From Patescibacteria group bacterium (lineage in GTDB: Bacteria > Patescibacteriota > WWE3 > UBA101185 > UBA10185), in the NCBI GenBank assembly GCA_042571445.1, contig JBHPFT010000001.1, forward strand, positions 29,232-93,231: 64,000 nucleotides of DNA, written 5' to 3'. The notes under the pieces were generated by a model that saw only the letters and a program-made list of their open reading frames with translations, made no database searches and was not told the DNA's origin. Both the position numbers and the translations under genes were made by a program. Positions 36,057-45,944 of this stretch are shown in pieces; positions within the stretch are counted from its first letter, which is position 1; each line of letters starts with the position of its first letter.

Positions 36057-37305
36057 AATTTTTAAGTTTCCGCAACTTAGAAGAAAATTACTTTTTACCC
36101 TACTAATAATTATTGCTTTCAGGCTGTTTGCGCATATTCCTGTGCCTGGGGTTGATACAGCAGCAATTAGGGCGTATCTATCAAGTAATGTATTTTTTGG
36201 TCTTTTTGACCTTTTTAGTGGCGGTGGATTTCAAAACTTTTCAATTGTTACACTTGGGCTAGCTCCCTATATTAACGCCTCCATTATTGTCCAACTTTTA
36301 ACAATGATGGTTCCAGCTCTTGAGGAGCTCCAAAAAGAAGGAGAATATGGGAGAGAAAAGATAAATATGTATACCAAACTTTTAGGGTTACCTTTAGCGT
36401 TAGTTCAGTCATATGGAATTTACTTTCTTCTTAGTAAACAAGGAATAATTACGCCTCTTGGCTTTTTTGACTTAGTAGTTTTAATGCTCTCACTAATTGC
36501 GGGCTCCTTCCTCTTGGTTTGGGTTGGGGAACTTGCTTCAGAATATGGTGTTGGAAATGGTATATCCTTATTAATATTTGTTTCTATTATTAGTAGACTC
36601 CCTCAAGGACTTCTAAACGTTATTGCAGGGATTGGGTCAGTGGGATTGGGATCAATTCTTGTTTTTGGATTACTCGCTCTAGTAGTTATAGTAGGGGTGG
36701 TTTTAGTTAATGAAGGCACTAGAAATGTAAACTTAGAATATGGGAGAAGGGGTACTAGATCTCAAAAAGTTACTAACTTTTTACCAATAAAAATAAATCA
36801 AGCTGGAGTTATCCCAATTATCTTTGCAGTATCTTTAGTATCACTCCCTTCACTTATTGGAGGTCCCCTGTCTGCATCAGAAAAACCAGGACTTGCACGT
36901 GTAGGAAGTTTATTAGCACAAGGTTTTAATACTAATTCCTTTGGGTATAATATGCTTTACTTCCTTTTGGTTGTTAGTTTTACGTTCTTTTATACGTCTA
37001 TCCAATTTGATCCTGAGAAGATAGCTGAGGATATTAAAAAAAGAGGAGGATTTATTCCTGGAGTCAGACCTGGAAAGACTACATCTGACTATCTAAAAAA
37101 GATTGTAGATAGGATTACTCTTTCTGGCGCACTATTTTTAGGTTTGATTGCTATACTACCTTACCTTTTACAGTCTGTAATTAAAGTTCAAGGGTTAAGT
37201 ATTGGAGGAACAGGGCTACTTATTGTTGTCTCTGTGGTACTAGAGACTGTTAGGCAAATTGACGCACTAATGGTAACAAGAAGTTATGATAAGTATTTAA
37301 TGTGA
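36049..37305 (+). CDS. secY: preprotein translocase SecY
   Basis: IPVPG, LGLAPYINASII, GNGISL, AGVIPIIFA, IPGVRPG, GGTGLLI. Confidence 0.98.
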   Translation: MLKIFKFPQLRRKLLFTLLIIIAFRLFAHIPVPGVDTAAIRAYLSSNVFFGLFDLFSGGGFQNFSIVTLGLAPYINASIIVQLLTMMVPALEELQKEGEYGREKINMYTKLLGLPLALVQSYGIYFLLSKQGIITPLGFFDLVVLMLSLIAGSFLLVWVGELASEYGVGNGISLLIFVSIISRLPQGLLNVIAGIGSVGLGSILVFGLLALVVIVGVVLVNEGTRNVNLEYGRRGTRSQKVTNFLPIKINQAGVIPIIFAVSLVSLPSLIGGPLSASEKPGLARVGSLLAQGFNTNSFGYNMLYFLLVVSFTFFYTSIQFDPEKIAEDIKKRGGFIPGVRPGKTTSDYLKKIVDRITLSGALFLGLIAILPYLLQSVIKVQGLSIGGTGLLIVVSVVLETVRQIDALMVTRSYDKYLM

Positions 37306-37317
37306 TTAAATAATATT

Positions 37318-37584
37318 ATGTTTGATAAGGTAAAGGAATTAAATAAGCTAAGAAAAGTTCAAGGGGAGATTAAAAAAGAACTAGAACAGATCTTTGTTAG
37401 TAATGAGAAGTCTGGGTTGAAGATAGTAGTTAGAGGAGACAAAAAGATTCAAAAGATAGAGGTTAATGGAGAAGATCAGAAAGATCTGAAAGATTTAGTG
37501 AATGATACCTTTAAAGATGTAGATAAGAAGGTAGAAAAACAAATGAGAGGTCGTATGGGAGACCTTGGTTTACCTGGATTTTAA
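37318..37584 (+). CDS. YbaB/EbfC family nucleoid-associated protein
   Basis: Helix-beta-helix pattern (KVQGEIKKELEQ...KIVVRGDKKIQKIEV...LVNDT...GLPGF) typical of YbaB. Confidence 0.7.
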   Translation: MFDKVKELNKLRKVQGEIKKELEQIFVSNEKSGLKIVVRGDKKIQKIEVNGEDQKDLKDLVNDTFKDVDKKVEKQMRGRMGDLGLPGF

Positions 37585-37587
37585 TAT

Positions 37588-38211
37588 ATGAAGGTACTTT
37601 TTATTGGTCCACAAGGAAGTGGGAAAGGAACAATAGGGGAGATGATCTCCGAGTATTCTGGAATCCCTATCATTTCTTCTGGACAAACCCTAAGAGAAAT
37701 TCCTAAAGACCACCCCTGGTATGAAGAAATCAATGATCAGATGAATAAAGGGGTACTGGTTGAGCAGTCTAGAGTAGCCCAGCTTCTTAGAGAAAAGCTC
37801 CAACAAGACAAGTATAATAATGGTTTTATTATGGATGGGTGGTTTAGAGCTCAAAAGGATGTAGATTTGTTTGACCCAGGATTTGATAAAGCAGTCTATT
37901 TAAATATTTCGAGGGAAGAAACCCTAAAAAGACTAACTTCAAGAAGAACCTGCAGTAAGTGCGGAGATATATATAACACTATTACTCTTCCACCTAAGGT
38001 AAAGGGGGTGTGTGATGAATGTGAGGGGGAGCTCTACCAGAGAAAGGATGATATACCTGAGGCAATAAATAAGAGATTAGATGTATTTGAAAAGGAGACA
38101 TTACCAATAATAGAGATGTTAAGAAAAAATGGAATACTTATAGAGGTTGACGCTATGGAAACACCACAAGAAGTGTTTGAGAAAGTGAAAAAGGTACTAG
38201 ACCTTAAATAA
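37588..38211 (+). CDS. adk: adenylate kinase (Zn-LID)
   Basis: GPQGSGKGT, GFIMDGWFR, RRTCSKC...CDEC LID, QRKDD. Confidence 0.95.
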   Translation: MKVLFIGPQGSGKGTIGEMISEYSGIPIISSGQTLREIPKDHPWYEEINDQMNKGVLVEQSRVAQLLREKLQQDKYNNGFIMDGWFRAQKDVDLFDPGFDKAVYLNISREETLKRLTSRRTCSKCGDIYNTITLPPKVKGVCDECEGELYQRKDDIPEAINKRLDVFEKETLPIIEMLRKNGILIEVDAMETPQEVFEKVKKVLDLK

Positions 38212-39003
38212 GCTTTCTATTATGCCAGGAATTATCACAAGGCAAAATGTAGCTAATTTTTCCAATATAGATCTAGATTTTTTAACCTCGTCAAGTCTGA
38301 ACTGAAAATCTCCCCATGTCTCTCCCTGAGGATTTTTTAGAAAGTTTTCACAAGTGTTTAAAATACTTTCCCACTTTTCTTTTTCTATCTCAACATCGGC
38401 TTCTTGTAGTGCGAGTATCATTCTTGAGGGAATTCCAGATCTCCAAGCAGCCCAAACATAGTAGTCTCTTTCTTTTAGAGCCTTTCCCATGTCTGTAGTT
38501 TCAAAATCATCAAATGTTTTTAAAGCTAGATCTATGCCCTCCTGAACCTTACCATTAACAACTAAGGTGGGGGCTAGAAATGCATTTAGTTCTAGAAGCT
38601 GTTCCTTGTTTTCTTGTTTTCTAATTAGTTCTATTGATTTCTTGTATTCTTTTTGTGCTCTAATGTGGTTTCCTTTATATGTATTTACCCTTCCTAGGAA
38701 TCTGTGAGATATCGCTTTTAAATCTTCAATATTATTTTCTTTAATAATCTTGTGAGCTTTTAGAGCAGCTTTTCCCATTTCTAAAGTTTCTTTTTGCACA
38801 ATATTTTCATCTGGTAAATCAGATGATTTTTCAGTCATTACTAGGTGTTGGTGTACTAGGGATGACTCCCAATAGAGTTTTGCTAATGTTTCCATATCAT
38901 CCTTTTCTGAAACCTCTTTTATTGCTTCAGAAATATATTTTAAGGCCTCGTCTTCTTTTCCTTTTTCTTCCCTTATCTTTGCTATATCCTCAAGGCTTTT
39001 CAT
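38197..39003 (-). CDS. hypothetical alpha-helical (TPR-like) protein
   Basis: 268-aa ORF with its own -10 element; TPR-like AISHRFLGRVNTYKGNHIRAQKEYKKS. Confidence 0.65.
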   Translation of the reverse strand: MKSLEDIAKIREEKGKEDEALKYISEAIKEVSEKDDMETLAKLYWESSLVHQHLVMTEKSSDLPDENIVQKETLEMGKAALKAHKIIKENNIEDLKAISHRFLGRVNTYKGNHIRAQKEYKKSIELIRKQENKEQLLELNAFLAPTLVVNGKVQEGIDLALKTFDDFETTDMGKALKERDYYVWAAWRSGIPSRMILALQEADVEIEKEKWESILNTCENFLKNPQGETWGDFQFRLDEVKKSRSILEKLATFCLVIIPGIIESLFKV

Positions 39004-39044
39004 ACCCTTATTTTAGCATGTTTATTGGTGTTATAATTTCACTA
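39004..39044. promoter_or_regulatory. 41-bp divergent promoter region with two extended -10 elements
   Basis: Plus strand TGTTATAAT (39029-39037) 7 nt before ATG 39045; minus strand TGCTAAAAT (39018-39010) 6 nt before ATG 39003. Confidence 0.65.
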
Positions 39045-39989
39045 ATGGAGCCTAATAGTCCTAAAAAAGCTAATTTTTGGAGAAAAAATGTTAAGTCTAT
39101 TGAGAAGTATCAGTTTGTACATCGCTTCTTGCCACATGAAGAGGAACAGAGACGTTCTAAGTTTTTATCCAATGGAGCAATGTTTTTGTACTGTGTGTTT
39201 GTATTTTCTATCACAGTAACATTTAGATTCTTACCAAAACTTGCACCCGGGATACTAGGCTATGCTTCAAATATTAACGTCTCAGATCTTTTATCACAGA
39301 CAAATCAAAAGCGTGCTGAAAAAGGACTTCCTCCATTGAGATTAAATAGTACCCTTTCTGAGGCAGCAAAGCGTAAGGCCTACCATATGTTTGAAAATGA
39401 TTATTGGTCGCATATTTCTCCTGATGGTACTGAGCCGTGGGATTTTATTCTAGGTCAGGGTTATGACTATATCTATGCTGGAGAAAACCTCGCTAAAAAC
39501 TTTTCTAGTTCAAAACAAGTTGTAGAAGGGTGGTACAACTCTCCAACCCACAAGAGTAACTTACTGGGGAGTAACTATGATGAGATAGGTTTTGCAGTTG
39601 TTAATGGAACTTTAGATGGATACGAGACTACTCTTGTAGTTCAAATGTTTGGGAGGCCTAGAGACAGGACACAAATTGCTAGTGTATTGGAGGAAGAAGA
39701 ATTATTAGAAGAAGTTTCTGTTTTGGAAGAAGTACCAGAGCCAGTTATGGGAACTCAAATTACTGTGAATCCTCAGGAAGTTGAACCCACACTTGATGTA
39801 ACAAAGGTTTCTAGGAGTATGAGTCTAACTTTTGGTGGATTTGTTGGCTCTTTGTTAGCTCTTGATGTCTGGTATTCAAAAAAGAAGGGTATAAAAAAGT
39901 TCACAGGACACACCTTTGCTCACTTAACTATTCTTTTGATGGTTATTGTTAGTATTTGGTTTGTGTTTAAACCAGGACTTGTTTTATGA
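39045..39989 (+). CDS. membrane-anchored CAP/SCP (YkwD-like) domain protein
   Basis: TNQKRAEKGLPPL, YWSHISPDG, AGENLA, WYNSPTHKSNLL, EIGFAV; N-terminal TM and two C-terminal TMs; start moved to ATG 39045. Confidence 0.88.
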   Translation: MEPNSPKKANFWRKNVKSIEKYQFVHRFLPHEEEQRRSKFLSNGAMFLYCVFVFSITVTFRFLPKLAPGILGYASNINVSDLLSQTNQKRAEKGLPPLRLNSTLSEAAKRKAYHMFENDYWSHISPDGTEPWDFILGQGYDYIYAGENLAKNFSSSKQVVEGWYNSPTHKSNLLGSNYDEIGFAVVNGTLDGYETTLVVQMFGRPRDRTQIASVLEEEELLEEVSVLEEVPEPVMGTQITVNPQEVEPTLDVTKVSRSMSLTFGGFVGSLLALDVWYSKKKGIKKFTGHTFAHLTILLMVIVSIWFVFKPGLVL

Positions 39990-40246
39990 TTGATAACCTA
40001 AAAGAAAACCTTATTGAATATTTAATACTTTTTGTTGCTGTTGCAGTATTTTTAGTTCTTTTCTTTCTCTTTAGGTTTGATAAATCATCTCTTTTGATAG
40101 TGTCTTCACTTGGTTCGATCTTTTATGTTGGGTGGGGTATAATTCACCACATGCTAAGGGGCAGATTAACGAAGATAATTACCTTGGAATACCTACTATT
40201 TGGACTTTTGGTGTTTTTGCTTCTTTTCACTGTCTTAAATTTTTAA
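39986..40246 (+). CDS. small membrane protein (about 3 TM)
   Basis: 86 aa, hydrophobic, ATGA overlap with the CAP gene, YVGWGIIHH motif. Confidence 0.7.
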   Translation: MIDNLKENLIEYLILFVAVAVFLVLFFLFRFDKSSLLIVSSLGSIFYVGWGIIHHMLRGRLTKIITLEYLLFGLLVFLLLFTVLNF

Positions 40247-40247
40247 T

Positions 40248-41366
40248 ATGAAAGTAGTAATAGTAATTCCTACATACAATGAAGCTGAAAATATTGGTCG
40301 TCTACTTGATGAGGTGAGTAAAGAAATTGGAAAGATTTCTCACGAGACAAGAGTACTAATAGTTGATGGTAGTTCCCCTGATGGTACAGCTGATGTTGTG
40401 AGAGAAAAGATGAAGTCCTACAAGTTTTTAGATATTGTGGTTAAGGAAAAGGGAGGACTTGGTGCAGACTACATTTACGGATTTAATCATGCTATGGAGA
40501 AGATGGGAGCAGACATAATTGTTGAAATGGATGCAGATTTTCAACATGACCCTAAAGACCTTCCTCGTTTAGTTGCAGAAATTGATAATGGTTACGACTA
40601 TATTATTGGGAGTAGATTTGTTAAGGGTGGTAGTATTCCAAAAGAGTGGGAATTCAAAAGGAAGCTTTTTAGTAGACTTGGAAATATTGTGTCTAAAGTA
40701 ATTTTAGGAATATTTAATATTAATGATTTCACAACTGGGTACAAGGTTTCTAGGGTTAAAGGGTTTGTAGATCAAATTGATTTTGATGCTGTTTTATCAA
40801 AAGGTTTTGCATACAAGATAAACCTTTTATTTAATATGTGCCAGTTAGGGGCTAAGGTAAAGGAAGTTCCTATTCAGTTTGCGACAAGAGACGAGGGTTC
40901 TTCCAAAATGGAGGGAAATAATTTGATGGACTCTTTGAGGGTGGTAGTTACTCTTAGACTTAAGGATAAAAAAACTCAAAGATTTTTAAAGTTCTGTGTT
41001 GTTGGATTTACCGGACTCTTTGTTGACTCCGGTCTTTTTAATTTATTTAGAGTCACAGTTTTTAGTTCTAAAGTATCTTCTCTAGTATCTGGATTTATCG
41101 CAATGATAACTACATTTCTATTAAATAACTTCTGGTCATTTAAAGAAAACAAGTTAGAGGGAGCAGGAAAGAAAGCATCTAGTTTTGTAGTTTACATAAT
41201 TTCTTCTTACGTCCCAATACTTTTTAGATCTTGGTTAATTAAGTTTAGTATTGATAGGTTTGGCGACACATTTATTGTTTCTAATGCAGCTTTCTTTATA
41301 GGAATTGTAATTGGACTAATTTGGAACTTTACTGTGTACAGTAGGATAATATGGAAGGATAAATAA
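40248..41366 (+). CDS. polyprenol-phosphate mannose synthase-like GT2 (Dpm1/Ppm1) fused to a GtrA-like domain
   Basis: IPTYNEAENI, VDGSSPDGT, MDADFQHDP, GSRFVKGG, DFTTG; C-terminal RFLKFCVVG...NNFWSF...WNF multi-TM GtrA pattern. Confidence 0.85.
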   Translation: MKVVIVIPTYNEAENIGRLLDEVSKEIGKISHETRVLIVDGSSPDGTADVVREKMKSYKFLDIVVKEKGGLGADYIYGFNHAMEKMGADIIVEMDADFQHDPKDLPRLVAEIDNGYDYIIGSRFVKGGSIPKEWEFKRKLFSRLGNIVSKVILGIFNINDFTTGYKVSRVKGFVDQIDFDAVLSKGFAYKINLLFNMCQLGAKVKEVPIQFATRDEGSSKMEGNNLMDSLRVVVTLRLKDKKTQRFLKFCVVGFTGLFVDSGLFNLFRVTVFSSKVSSLVSGFIAMITTFLLNNFWSFKENKLEGAGKKASSFVVYIISSYVPILFRSWLIKFSIDRFGDTFIVSNAAFFIGIVIGLIWNFTVYSRIIWKDK

Positions 41367-41367
41367 T

Positions 41368-42132
41368 ATGGAATATTCAATTGTTACACCAGCTTATAAC
41401 GAAGAAGACAAAATAACAGCTACTTTAACCCAGGCGGTTGGTTTTATGAGAGGTTTTAGTGACAGTTTTGAAGTAATTATTGTTAACGATGGTTCCAAAG
41501 ATTCTACAGAAGAGAAGGTGAAAGCATACTCTAAGGACAATCCTGAAGTTAAACTTCTTTCTATCCCACATAAAGGAAAGGGTGTTGCTGTATCGGCAGG
41601 TATTATGGCTGCAGAGGGAAAGTATATTTATATGGCTGATGCTGACCTTTCAGCGCCTATTAACGAACTCAAAAAACTTTCTGTTTGGATGATAGATCAG
41701 GATTACGATATTGTTATTGCAAGTAGAGAGGGTGTTGGGGCTAAAAGAGTTGGAGAACCTTTTTATAGGCATATTATGGGAAGAGTATTTAATATTATGA
41801 TTCAGATACTTGTACTACCTGGCATATCCGATACTCAATGTGGTTTCAAACTTTTCAAGAATAAGGTAGCAAAAGATGTATTTGGAAAGCTTAAAATCTA
41901 TAATATTGAAGGTAAGGAGCTTCAAGACGCATATCTCGGAGCATGGGATGTTGAGGTTTTGTATTTAGCACGTAAGATGGGGTATACTATCAAACAGGTT
42001 CCCGTGACCTGGACCTATGTTAAGACTACCAGGTTAAAACCTTTGAAGGACTCGGCCAAAATGGCTCTTGATGTCTTAAAAATAAGACTGAATGATTTAA
42101 AGGGTAAATATAAAACTGCCCAAAAACCCTAA
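41368..42132 (+). CDS. GT2, Alg5/dolichyl-phosphate glucosyltransferase-like
   Basis: PAYNEE, VNDGSKD, HKGKG, DADLS, DTQCGFKLF, DVEVL. Confidence 0.85.
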   Translation: MEYSIVTPAYNEEDKITATLTQAVGFMRGFSDSFEVIIVNDGSKDSTEEKVKAYSKDNPEVKLLSIPHKGKGVAVSAGIMAAEGKYIYMADADLSAPINELKKLSVWMIDQDYDIVIASREGVGAKRVGEPFYRHIMGRVFNIMIQILVLPGISDTQCGFKLFKNKVAKDVFGKLKIYNIEGKELQDAYLGAWDVEVLYLARKMGYTIKQVPVTWTYVKTTRLKPLKDSAKMALDVLKIRLNDLKGKYKTAQKP

Positions 42133-42188
42133 ACTTTAGAGCCACGTATTTTATTTTTGCAGCTGTTGTGCTGTGAGGAGGACGATTG

Positions 42189-43559
42189 ATGAATATTTGT
42201 GTAGTTGGAACAGGGTATGTTGGTTTGGTTGGTGCCGCTATATTTGCAGATTGGGGAAACAGAATTATTGGTGTTGACATAGATGCAGAAAAGATAGAAA
42301 GAATAAAAAACGGTGAAATGCCGATATTTGAACCTGGTCTTTCCGAAATTGTTTCTAAAAATATTAAGAATGGAAATTTATCTTTTACTACATCTCTAGC
42401 AGAAGGTATGTCTGACGCAGAGATTGTTTTTATATGTGTGGGAACTCCAGAAAGTGACACAGGGCATGCTGATCTTTCTGCAATTTGGAAAGTATCTCAA
42501 GAGATTGGACAAAATCTTGGTAGTTATAAAGTAGTTGTTGTTAAAAGTACTGTACCAGTTGGTACAAATGAAAAGATTAAAGGAATTATTAAAGAGAATC
42601 TAGTATTTCAAACAGATTTTGATGTTGTTTCTAATCCAGAGTTCTTAAGAGAGGGGTACTCTGTTGAGGACATGATGGATCCGGATAGAACTGTTATAGG
42701 ATCAGACTCTGAAAGGGCACTTTCGATAATGAGAAGACTCTACGAACATTTAGGGAAACCAATTGTTGCATGTGATTTTAGATCAGCGGAAATGATTAAG
42801 TACGCTTCAAATGCATTTTTGGCTACTAAAATATCCTTTATTAATGAAATGGGACAGCTTTGTGAAAGGGCAGGAGCAGATGTATCCATGGTTGCAAAGG
42901 GAATGGGTCTCGATAATAGAATTGGTCCCAGGTTCTTAAATGCAGGTGTAGGTTACGGAGGAAGTTGTTTTCCTAAAGATGTTGAAGCTTTATATAAAAC
43001 ATCTACTGATCAAGCGTATGACTTTAAGCTTCTAAGGGGTGTTATGGAAGTTAATTCCACGCAAAAAGATCATTTTGTGTCAAAGATTACAAGGTATTTT
43101 GGTAAGAATCTATCTGGAAAAACAATTGCAGTACTAGGTCTTGCCTTCAAGCAAAACACAGATGATACTCGAGAGTCCGTTGCAATTAAAATAGTTAAAA
43201 TGTTGAGAGGCTTAGGAGCTGATATAAGAGTATACGATCCTGAGGCAATGTATAACGCTAAGAGAGAACTTGGGGAATCAGGAGTTACGTATTGCTTAGA
43301 CAAGTATGAGACTCTTGAAGGAGCAGATGCACTTGCGATTCTTACGGAGTGGCCTGATTTTGCGTCTTTGGATCTAAACAGAGTAAAAGACACTCTTAGA
43401 ACACCAACAATTTTTGATGGTAGAAATCTTTTAGATAGTAAAAAGGCTGAATCTTTAGGCTTTATATACTTCTGTGTTGGAATAAGAACTAACGGTACAG
43501 AGCTTCTAGATAAAAGACCTACCGGACATCCTGGTGTAATATTAAAGAATGGAAGGTAA
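42189..43559 (+). CDS. ugd: UDP-glucose/GDP-mannose 6-dehydrogenase
   Basis: GTGYVG, KSTVPVG, SNPEFLREG, GYGGSCFPKD, GLAFK, FDGRN; SD GAGGAGG 7 nt before ATG 42189. Confidence 0.93.
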   Translation: MNICVVGTGYVGLVGAAIFADWGNRIIGVDIDAEKIERIKNGEMPIFEPGLSEIVSKNIKNGNLSFTTSLAEGMSDAEIVFICVGTPESDTGHADLSAIWKVSQEIGQNLGSYKVVVVKSTVPVGTNEKIKGIIKENLVFQTDFDVVSNPEFLREGYSVEDMMDPDRTVIGSDSERALSIMRRLYEHLGKPIVACDFRSAEMIKYASNAFLATKISFINEMGQLCERAGADVSMVAKGMGLDNRIGPRFLNAGVGYGGSCFPKDVEALYKTSTDQAYDFKLLRGVMEVNSTQKDHFVSKITRYFGKNLSGKTIAVLGLAFKQNTDDTRESVAIKIVKMLRGLGADIRVYDPEAMYNAKRELGESGVTYCLDKYETLEGADALAILTEWPDFASLDLNRVKDTLRTPTIFDGRNLLDSKKAESLGFIYFCVGIRTNGTELLDKRPTGHPGVILKNGR

Positions 43560-44757
43560 AAAACGGGTATTAATATTTATTCCCGAATTTCCAAAATTAA
43601 CAGAAACCTTTATTGAAAGGGAAATCTCCAAGTTAGTGGAAAGAAATAATCTTGATATTACAGTAGTTGCTCTAGGAAAGGGTAGGGGAAAGGTATCTGA
43701 TAATCTTTTAGATAGAGTTCATTACGAAAGGATTACCATTCCGATATGTATATCTGCAGCTTTTACTTATCTATCCAAGATTGGACAAATAGTTAAGATA
43801 TTTAAAGAGTTAAGAGACTCTGGTAAAGGAATTATTGGAAAGATCTACATCTTTCTTAAATCTGTAGCGTATACAAAGATATTTAGTGAGTATAAGCCTG
43901 ATCTAGTATTTGCTCATTTTATGGCAGCTCCTTCCACAATGGCTATGATTTCAGCAAGAATTTTAGGAGTGCCCTTTGCTGTATCAGCTCACGCTAGGGA
44001 TATTACTGTAGAAGCAGAGTATGTTGAAGAAAAGATTAGACTGGCTAAGTTTATAACAATATGTAATAAAAATGCCTATAACTACCTTCTGAGAATGAGT
44101 AATGTTGATAATCCTAGCAATGTTCACTTAATTTATCATGGGGTTGATTTTGAAAAGCTACTGAAAAGTGTTCCTAAGGTAAATATTAGAAAATCTGTAC
44201 CAGTCCTTCTTTCCGTAGGTAGATTTACTGAAAAGAAAGGGTACAAGTATCTTGTAGAAGCCTCAAAAATACTTAGAGATAGAAAAATAGCTCATGAGAT
44301 TAAGATTATTGCTGCTGGCCCATTGTACAAAAATATACAGATGAGTATTAAGAAGTATAAGCTGGAGGATAAAATCGAGATTTTAGGAGGTGGGCAAGGA
44401 TTACCTTTTACAAAGGTTGCAAAGTATTACAGGATTGCAGATGCATATGTATTTCCAAGTATAGAAACAAGTAATGGAGATATGGATGGAGTTGCAAATG
44501 TATTGCTTGAGGCAGCTGCTTTTAAACTTCCTATTGTTGCTACAGACTCAGGAGGGACCACTGAAGTTATTAGGAATAATGAAACGGGAGTAGTTGTTCC
44601 TCAAAGAGATCCTGAGAAGCTCGCAGATGGGATACAGGTAGTGCTTCAAGATAAAGATTTTGCTAAAAATATAGGAGAAAATGCTTATAATTACGTGTTG
44701 AAAAGATTTAACTTAGATGAAAATATTAAGAAGTTAGAGGAGTTAATTATTAAATGA
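43549..44757 (+). CDS. GT4 glycosyltransferase (WcaL-like)
   Basis: SAHARD, VGRFTEKKG, DMDGVANVLLEA. Confidence 0.88.
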   Translation: MEGKKRVLIFIPEFPKLTETFIEREISKLVERNNLDITVVALGKGRGKVSDNLLDRVHYERITIPICISAAFTYLSKIGQIVKIFKELRDSGKGIIGKIYIFLKSVAYTKIFSEYKPDLVFAHFMAAPSTMAMISARILGVPFAVSAHARDITVEAEYVEEKIRLAKFITICNKNAYNYLLRMSNVDNPSNVHLIYHGVDFEKLLKSVPKVNIRKSVPVLLSVGRFTEKKGYKYLVEASKILRDRKIAHEIKIIAAGPLYKNIQMSIKKYKLEDKIEILGGGQGLPFTKVAKYYRIADAYVFPSIETSNGDMDGVANVLLEAAAFKLPIVATDSGGTTEVIRNNETGVVVPQRDPEKLADGIQVVLQDKDFAKNIGENAYNYVLKRFNLDENIKKLEELIIK

Positions 44758-45944
44758 GGATAGCAGTATTTATTAAATCTACAACATTTCATAAAGGTTA
44801 TGGAGGACTTCAGACCCAGAATAAAGCTCTTTGCGAAGAGCTTACAAAGAGGGGTCATGAAATAACAGTTTTTTCTCCACAGCTTGAGTTAAAGGAGGAA
44901 AAGAAGGATGAAAATGGAGTTAAATATATTTTTGTGCCTTGCATATACAAAAAATACATTCTTTCAAGGTTTAACAAAAATAGTTGGAGAAAGAAGTCCA
45001 TTGAAGCTTTTGAAAAGATTCACTCGAAGAAGAAATTTAATCTTGTTTTAAGTCAAAGTTCAGCAGGAGAAAGTGTAGTTTTGAAGAGATTTAAGCTAAG
45101 AATTCCTATCGTTTCAGTTTCCCATGGAACGATTCTTTCAGAGTTTAAAACGTTTGTTGCAAACATGAAACTTCCAAGAGATTTCTTTAAACTTCTTCTA
45201 AATACACAATACTTTCTAAGACAGTATTTTGGTAAGCAAAGAAGATTTGTTTTGGGAGCAGATAAAGTAATTGCAGTCTCAGATATTGTTAGAGAATCTT
45301 TGTTGGAAGAAACCTTTATACATGAAAGGGATATAGTTACTGTGTATAACGGGTTTGACAAGAAAAAGATAGATGATATTGACGTTTTAAAACATGACGA
45401 CGGGTTAATCAGAATTATATTTATAGGAAGAATAGAAAAATCGAAGGGAGTGTTTATCTTGATTAAGATGCTTGAAGAGATGGAACTTAAAAACTTTAAA
45501 CTTTTCTTTGTTGGAGGAGGTTCGGATCTTGATGAGTTAAAAACAAGAGTAGACAAGTCAGATATTTCCTCAAGTGTGGAGTTTCACACTGAACTTAACC
45601 ATATAGAAGCGCTTTCTAAGCTAAAAGAGTCAGATATTTTAGTTTTTCCAACCCAGCGAGTGGAAGGATTTCCTATGGTATTAATTGAATCTATGTTTGC
45701 AAAAGTTCCTGTCGTAGCATTTAGTCAGGGTGGTGTTAAGTACGGAGTAAAGGATAAAGAAACCGGATTTTTAATTGAGCCTACTAACACAGAGGGATTT
45801 AAAGAAGCACTTTTAAGGCTTTTTGAGAATAAGACTCTGAGAGAAAGTTTTGGTAGCAGAGCAGGAGAATGGGGAGAAAAGGAGTTCACAATTGAACACA
45901 TGGTTGATGAATATGAAAAGATATTCGAAGAGGTATCAAAATGA
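44754..45944 (+). CDS. GT4 glycosyltransferase
   Basis: YGG, GHEITV, YNG, IGRIEKSKG, EGFPMVLIES. Confidence 0.88.
   Translation: MRIAVFIKSTTFHKGYGGLQTQNKALCEELTKRGHEITVFSPQLELKEEKKDENGVKYIFVPCIYKKYILSRFNKNSWRKKSIEAFEKIHSKKKFNLVLSQSSAGESVVLKRFKLRIPIVSVSHGTILSEFKTFVANMKLPRDFFKLLLNTQYFLRQYFGKQRRFVLGADKVIAVSDIVRESLLEETFIHERDIVTVYNGFDKKKIDDIDVLKHDDGLIRIIFIGRIEKSKGVFILIKMLEEMELKNFKLFFVGGGSDLDELKTRVDKSDISSSVEFHTELNHIEALSKLKESDILVFPTQRVEGFPMVLIESMFAKVPVVAFSQGGVKYGVKDKETGFLIEPTNTEGFKEALLRLFENKTLRESFGSRAGEWGEKEFTIEHMVDEYEKIFEEVSK

Noticed and set aside
38823-39044. N-terminal 74 aa of the 388-aa CAP ORF
   Set aside because: Overlaps the 268-aa minus-strand gene; an extended -10 box points to ATG 39045.
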